Shown here: piece after piece, positions 13,351 through 17,359 of the stretch | Layout of the letters: the number at the start of each line of letters is the position of its first letter | Position numbering within the stretch: position 1 is the first letter of the stretch | Assembly (NCBI GenBank): GCA_041576165.1 | Contig: JBFGLM010000077.1 | Coordinates: forward strand, 1-17,359 | DNA: 17,359 bases | Direction: 5' to 3' | Source: Acidimicrobiia bacterium | Lineage (GTDB): Bacteria > Actinomycetota > Acidimicrobiia > Spongiisociales > Spongiisociaceae | Translations under genes and position numbers: made by a program | The notes under the pieces: model-generated | The model's input: only the letters and a program-made list of their open reading frames with translations | What the model was told of the DNA's origin: nothing | Database searches by the model: none

Positions 13351-15408
13351 TCATCTCACGGCCTCCAAGCTGCGTTCCGCCGCAACTGGCCTTCGGGTCC
13401 GAGGTACCCGAGGCGATCTCATGTCGAACAGGACCAGGGCGAGGTTGGCTCCTATTGCGGCTCCGATGATCGCGGTGATGAGTGCCAGGAGGCCGGGCGT
13501 AGTGGTAAACCCGAACCAGGCGCCGACGAGGCCGCCGCCCAGCGAGATCCAGAAGCCGAATCGCTTGGTGTCGGTGGGCCAGTCCCGGTGGACCCACGCC
13601 CAGTAGATCCCGATACCGATCGGCACCCCAATCGGGATAACCGCGAGCCACATGTCTCCGACGTACATCGAGGGGAACAGCGTCATCACGATCAGCAGGG
13701 CGAGGAACCAGCCTCCGAGGCCCAGAACGATTGGGTACAGGGATCGCATCATGGCGCCGCCGACAGGTGAGAACGCACCACGCCTTCGTACCCGGAACGG
13801 CATCCACCACAGCGAAGCCAGCATCAGGATTGCGAGCCCGACCATCGTGCCGACGAGACCCCACGCCAATGCGGAGTGAGTGGTGTTCGGTTGGAAGTCC
13901 ATGGTCTGGTAGGTGTAGCCGGAGTCGTCGGCCACGCCGGTGGCGTAGAACGTGTTCAGGAGCTGCTGCGCGGCCTCGGGTTGGTAGTCCCAGAAGTCGG
14001 TCGTGTGCCCGAACTCGGGCAGGATCACGTGTTGCCCTTTGGCCAGGAACGGCAGCAGAGCCGTGGCGGCTTCCACCGGCGTTGAGAAGTCCACGGTGCC
14101 GCTGACCATGAGGGTCTCGACGTCGCTGACCCGGACCTCGCGGTAGTCGTCGTCGTTGGGGCTGTCGGGCCACGACGTCGTGAGGCGGCCGCCGGCCCAG
14201 ATGAAGTCCGTGCCAGCCTTGGCAAGGCTTGATCCCCGGCTGCCGGCGGCCTCGTAGTACTGGTTGGCGAATGCAGCATCGATCATGCCGACCGACGCCT
14301 GTTCACCCCACACGAACGCTTCAGGGAAGGCGAGATCGGCCATGAACGAGTAGAACCAGAACCCGCTTGGGTCACCATTGGCAGCGTTGAGCCACGAGTC
14401 GAGGGCGTTCGGGGCTGACAGTGGCTCTGCGGCAGTTGTGGTTTCGTGCAGCGAGAACATCGAACCAACCCGAACGCTGCCCTCCTTGATGGGTAGGAAC
14501 AGCCAGCGGCTCGGCATGTCGTTCGCTGTGTCCCGTATCGCGGCCACCAAGTCATTGGTCCGGCTCGTGCAGCCCGCATCTGCGGCGCAGAGCCCGGCGT
14601 AATAGTCGAGTTGGGCGTCAGTGATGTGACCATCCCAGAGGAACCCACCGGGAGGGTTGACGGCGACGAGCACGGACCGGTGCAGACTCTCCGGGAACAT
14701 CCACGAGTAGATCAACGCGATCCGTGTACCGACGCTTTCGCCCAGGAGGTTGATCCGGTCATAGCCCAGAGCAGTCCTCGCAGCCTCCATGTCCTGAACC
14801 CGATCAACGAGGGTGTACCCGTCGATATCCACCCCGTCCTCGGCGAAGCGCTGAGCGCATTCGGCAAAGGCATCACCATGGCGGCGATGCGTCGCCTCAT
14901 CCAGGAGATCACCCGATCGCTTCAGCGCAGCGGTCACTTCGGGGCAATCGAGCACGGAGGAGCCCTCGACACCGCGGTACCCGACAAGTACGACGTCATG
15001 GGTATCGACCAGCGAGTCGACATGGGCGAAGGCCATGTTGGTGATGCCCGGCCCGCCCTCGAGGTGGAAGACTGGCAGGCCTGTTTCGGGACCAGCAGCC
15101 TCGACCCGTGTCAATGGCAGAGCGATGAGCCTCGACCCTGGGTCGGCACGGTTCTCCGGCACGACCAGGGTGCCGCAGTCTGCGTCGTAGCCCTGGTAGG
15201 TGCATGGTTCGAGGGTCAGATCACCGGCCTGGGCGCCCACAGGCACCTCCACCGTGTCCTCGCCGGCGAACCGCAGAAACAGAAGTCCGACCAGGAGTAG
15301 ACCCATCACCACCAGGGCAACGACACGTGCTGGCGTCAACCCACGCCGGCGTTGAGCCCGTGGCCCCGCCTCAAGCGAGTCTGTCCCTCCAGTGGGGTAT
15401 GTGGTCAT
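13351..15408 (-). CDS. Membrane-anchored alpha/beta hydrolase (peptidase S33 / TAP-like) with C-terminal transmembrane bundle
   Basis: CGTLVVPENR, LEGGPG, nucleophile GESVG, GTVDFSTP and FGHT. One N-terminal hydrophobic helix and about six C-terminal hydrophobic helices. AGGAGAGGA precedes ATG15414/15408. Confidence 0.9.
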   Translation of the reverse strand: MTTYPTGGTDSLEAGPRAQRRRGLTPARVVALVVMGLLLVGLLFLRFAGEDTVEVPVGAQAGDLTLEPCTYQGYDADCGTLVVPENRADPGSRLIALPLTRVEAAGPETGLPVFHLEGGPGITNMAFAHVDSLVDTHDVVLVGYRGVEGSSVLDCPEVTAALKRSGDLLDEATHRRHGDAFAECAQRFAEDGVDIDGYTLVDRVQDMEAARTALGYDRINLLGESVGTRIALIYSWMFPESLHRSVLVAVNPPGGFLWDGHITDAQLDYYAGLCAADAGCTSRTNDLVAAIRDTANDMPSRWLFLPIKEGSVRVGSMFSLHETTTAAEPLSAPNALDSWLNAANGDPSGFWFYSFMADLAFPEAFVWGEQASVGMIDAAFANQYYEAAGSRGSSLAKAGTDFIWAGGRLTTSWPDSPNDDDYREVRVSDVETLMVSGTVDFSTPVEAATALLPFLAKGQHVILPEFGHTTDFWDYQPEAAQQLLNTFYATGVADDSGYTYQTMDFQPNTTHSALAWGLVGTMVGLAILMLASLWWMPFRVRRRGAFSPVGGAMMRSLYPIVLGLGGWFLALLIVMTLFPSMYVGDMWLAVIPIGVPIGIGIYWAWVHRDWPTDTKRFGFWISLGGGLVGAWFGFTTTPGLLALITAIIGAAIGANLALVLFDMRSPRVPRTRRPVAAERSLEAVR

Positions 15409-15456
15409 GGGCATTCCTCTCCTACGGTGCGTCGACCTGTTCGCCGTGCGAGGTCC

Positions 15457-15517
15457 AGGTTCCGTTACGTCAGGGGGGTCTGTCTGCCCCCACGACAGGA
15501 AACCACCCTGGGGGGTT
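15457..15517 (-). promoter_or_regulatory. Putative activator-dependent promoter of the hydrolase operon: 36-bp operator + -10-like GAACCT
   Basis: Minus-strand AACCCCCCAGGGTGGTTTCCTGTCGTGGGGGCAGAC is 28/36 identical to 15648-15683 (+). GAACCT follows 20 nt after GGGGGCAGA. Confidence 0.65.
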
Positions 15518-15647
15518 ACCCACTCGATCAGTCGGGCCCGACGCTCGTCATGGCTCCTCGTCAGCCCATGTCGGTTGCCGGACGTCCAAGTGCAAAGTAC
15601 GGCTGCGGAGATCGCGGCCGCCGATGCTCTCGAGTTCCCGTCCTGTG

Positions 15648-15708
15648 AATCCCCCGAGGGGGTTTCGTCTCGTGGGGGGTGACGACCCACCCCGCCCCGG
15701 CGGACCAT
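15648..15708 (+). promoter_or_regulatory. Putative activator-dependent promoter of the ACT-like/acyltransferase operon: 36-bp operator + -10-like GACCAT
   Basis: AATCCCCCGAGGGGGTTTCGTCTCGTGGGGGGTGAC. GACCAT follows 20 nt after GGGGGGTGA and lies 7 nt before ATG15716. Confidence 0.65.
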
Positions 15709-15715
15709 GTGGAAC

Positions 15716-16009
15716 ATGGACACGGACACTCAAGGCGCGTCGCCTGGCCCGAGACGGTTTCGGATCTGGGTCGCCGGCCAACTCGATGAGCGATTCGTCG
15801 CCGGCGCTGGCGAGATCGAACTCGGGCAATCAGCCTGCGGGTCGACGCTCGAGGGGCCGTTCGTCGACGAGTCGCAGCTGCGCGGCATCCTCAACCGGCT
15901 TTGGAACCTCGGTATCGAGGTCCGCCGATTCGAGACCTACGTGCCCGACCCGGCCGACAACCAAGCATCCGTGTCGCCGGCGGCGGCAGAAAGGCCCACA
16001 GACTCATGA
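15716..16009 (+). CDS. Small conserved hypothetical protein (ACT-like fold suspected) of the type found beside MalT-like regulators
   Basis: FRIWVAGQLDERF...STLEGPFVDESQLRGILNRLWNLGIEV fits the YxIRVxGxL...TxLxGPxxDQAALxGLLxRxxDLGLxL pattern. Its stop overlaps the next ATG (ATGA). Alternative start is 15707. Confidence 0.8.
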   Translation: MDTDTQGASPGPRRFRIWVAGQLDERFVAGAGEIELGQSACGSTLEGPFVDESQLRGILNRLWNLGIEVRRFETYVPDPADNQASVSPAAAERPTDS

Positions 16010-17359
16010 CCGCAGACATCTACAGGCGGCAGACCACGGCGATGGAGCGCCTCTTCACCCGTTCCCCATTCTCTCTGGTCACGATGGTCGCCAGGATCAA
16101 GGGTGAAGTGACCGAGGAAGCGCTACAAGCCGCAGTGGACAAGGTCCGGCAGCGCCACACGAACCTGCGGGTGCGGCTCGATGACGATGCGGGGCATAAC
16201 CCGTGGCTGACCACCGAGGGGGCGGCAGCGATCCCGATCGAGGTGATCCCCCGCCATTCGCCAGACCAATGGATTCCAGTGGTCCGAGAGACCGCCAAAG
16301 TCCCCTTCGATTTTGAGAAGCAGACACCGATACGGTTCATCCTGGTCCAGTCGGATGAGATATCCGAGCTGATAGTCCTTTGCCATCACATCCTTTGTGA
16401 CGGGATGTCGCTGGCCTACCTGGTCCGCGACCTCCTGGAGCATCTCGGTGATCCCACGCGAAACGTGACGGTCCTGCCCAGTCCAGCGCCGATCAGTCCC
16501 GAGACGATGCCCGATGGTCTGTCCCTGAACGCTCTGGTCAAATACGCCATCCGACGGATCAACCGGAAGTGGGAAGCCGACCCCGTCTATTTCAAGCAAC
16601 AGGACTACGAGCTACTGACCGAAGCGTATTGGGAGGAGTACCAACACGAGCTCGTGTCGATCGAGCTCTCGCAAACGGAAACTACCGCGCTGGTGGAGCG
16701 TTGCCGCCGGGAGCAGGTGACGGTCAACACGGCGCTCACCGCAGCGTTTGCCGCCGCCCAGTCAATCGTCCTGGGTGATGAGCGTTACGAACCGAATCTA
16801 GGTGTTGCCGCCGATCTGCGCGGTCGGCTGCGGCAACCTGCCGGGGAAGGGATGGGCTTCTACGCCGGCGTAGCCACCCACAGCTACAAGCACGACCCCA
16901 AGATGAGCTTCTGGGACAACGCGCGTGAGCTGCACTACAAGCTTCAGGAAGGGTTTACCGACGAGATCCTTTTCAAGGAGCCCTTGACCTGGAGCCTGCT
17001 ATCGCCTTCGATTCTTGACGCCATCAACTTCAAGAAGCTGGGCAGCCTGGTCCCAGAGCAAGCCGCCGGATCCGGCAAGCTCCGTGCGTTCAGCCAACGC
17101 AAGGACGTCGTCCAAGGCATCCTCAAGCGAGACAAGATGGAATCACCCGACCGAGTCTTTATGGGAACAGCCATCACCAACCTCACGCGACTGGACTTCC
17201 CGACCGACTACGGGCACCTCGAGCTCGAGCGCATGATCATGAAGCCCGGCGGCGCCTTCCCCCTCGGCAACGTCAACCTCGTAGTCGGTGCCGTCACAGC
17301 AGCCGGCCGACTCAGCCTGGCCGTCGAGTACGTCGAGAACAACATCGCCAACGAAACGA
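16006..17359 (+). CDS. Stand-alone condensation-domain / alcohol-acetyltransferase-like (PapA5-type) acyltransferase, 3'-truncated by the window
   Basis: Absent from the ORF track because there is no stop in the window. Translation begins MTADIYRRQTTAMERLFTRSPFS...RQRHTNLRVRL and contains the catalytic HHILCDG (16384-16404) and CRREQVTVNTALTAAF. The frame is still open at the edge (...LSLAVEYVENNIANET). Confidence 0.9.
   Translation, partial: MTADIYRRQTTAMERLFTRSPFSLVTMVARIKGEVTEEALQAAVDKVRQRHTNLRVRLDDDAGHNPWLTTEGAAAIPIEVIPRHSPDQWIPVVRETAKVPFDFEKQTPIRFILVQSDEISELIVLCHHILCDGMSLAYLVRDLLEHLGDPTRNVTVLPSPAPISPETMPDGLSLNALVKYAIRRINRKWEADPVYFKQQDYELLTEAYWEEYQHELVSIELSQTETTALVERCRREQVTVNTALTAAFAAAQSIVLGDERYEPNLGVAADLRGRLRQPAGEGMGFYAGVATHSYKHDPKMSFWDNARELHYKLQEGFTDEILFKEPLTWSLLSPSILDAINFKKLGSLVPEQAAGSGKLRAFSQRKDVVQGILKRDKMESPDRVFMGTAITNLTRLDFPTDYGHLELERMIMKPGGAFPLGNVNLVVGAVTAAGRLSLAVEYVENNIANET

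Noticed and set aside
15415-15729. N-terminal extension of the hydrolase ORF to 15729
   Set aside because: It spans the divergent promoter region and overlaps the opposite gene. The Shine-Dalgarno supports a start at 15408 or 15414.

Overview
GC-rich bacterial window. Gene content and leaderless-type promoters suggest an actinobacterium, possibly Acidimicrobiia (inference). The left half (1-9100) is an accessory mosaic: a DUF1353 gene, a hypothetical membrane protein, an orphan WapI-like immunity gene with an apparent lost stop codon, and a two-gene unit encoding a TIR-transmembrane-TPR protein and a Thr/Ser-rich surface protein. Convergent on that unit is a bacterial CLCA-like zinc metalloprotease-vWA protein, preceded by a frameshifted pseudogene. 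Four degenerate copies of an unrecognised non-coding element of up to ~210 bp sit at gene boundaries. The right half (9287-17359) looks like a self-contained regulon: a MalT-like STAND/LuxR regulator and two divergent operons (membrane-anchored alpha/beta hydrolase + tandem amidohydrolase; small ACT-like protein + condensation-domain acyltransferase truncated by the window edge). The two divergent promoters carry mirror-image 36-bp operators at identical spacing from -10-like hexamers. No rRNA, tRNA, CRISPR array, integrase or transposase was seen. Family assignments come from motif recognition by eye, not from database searches.
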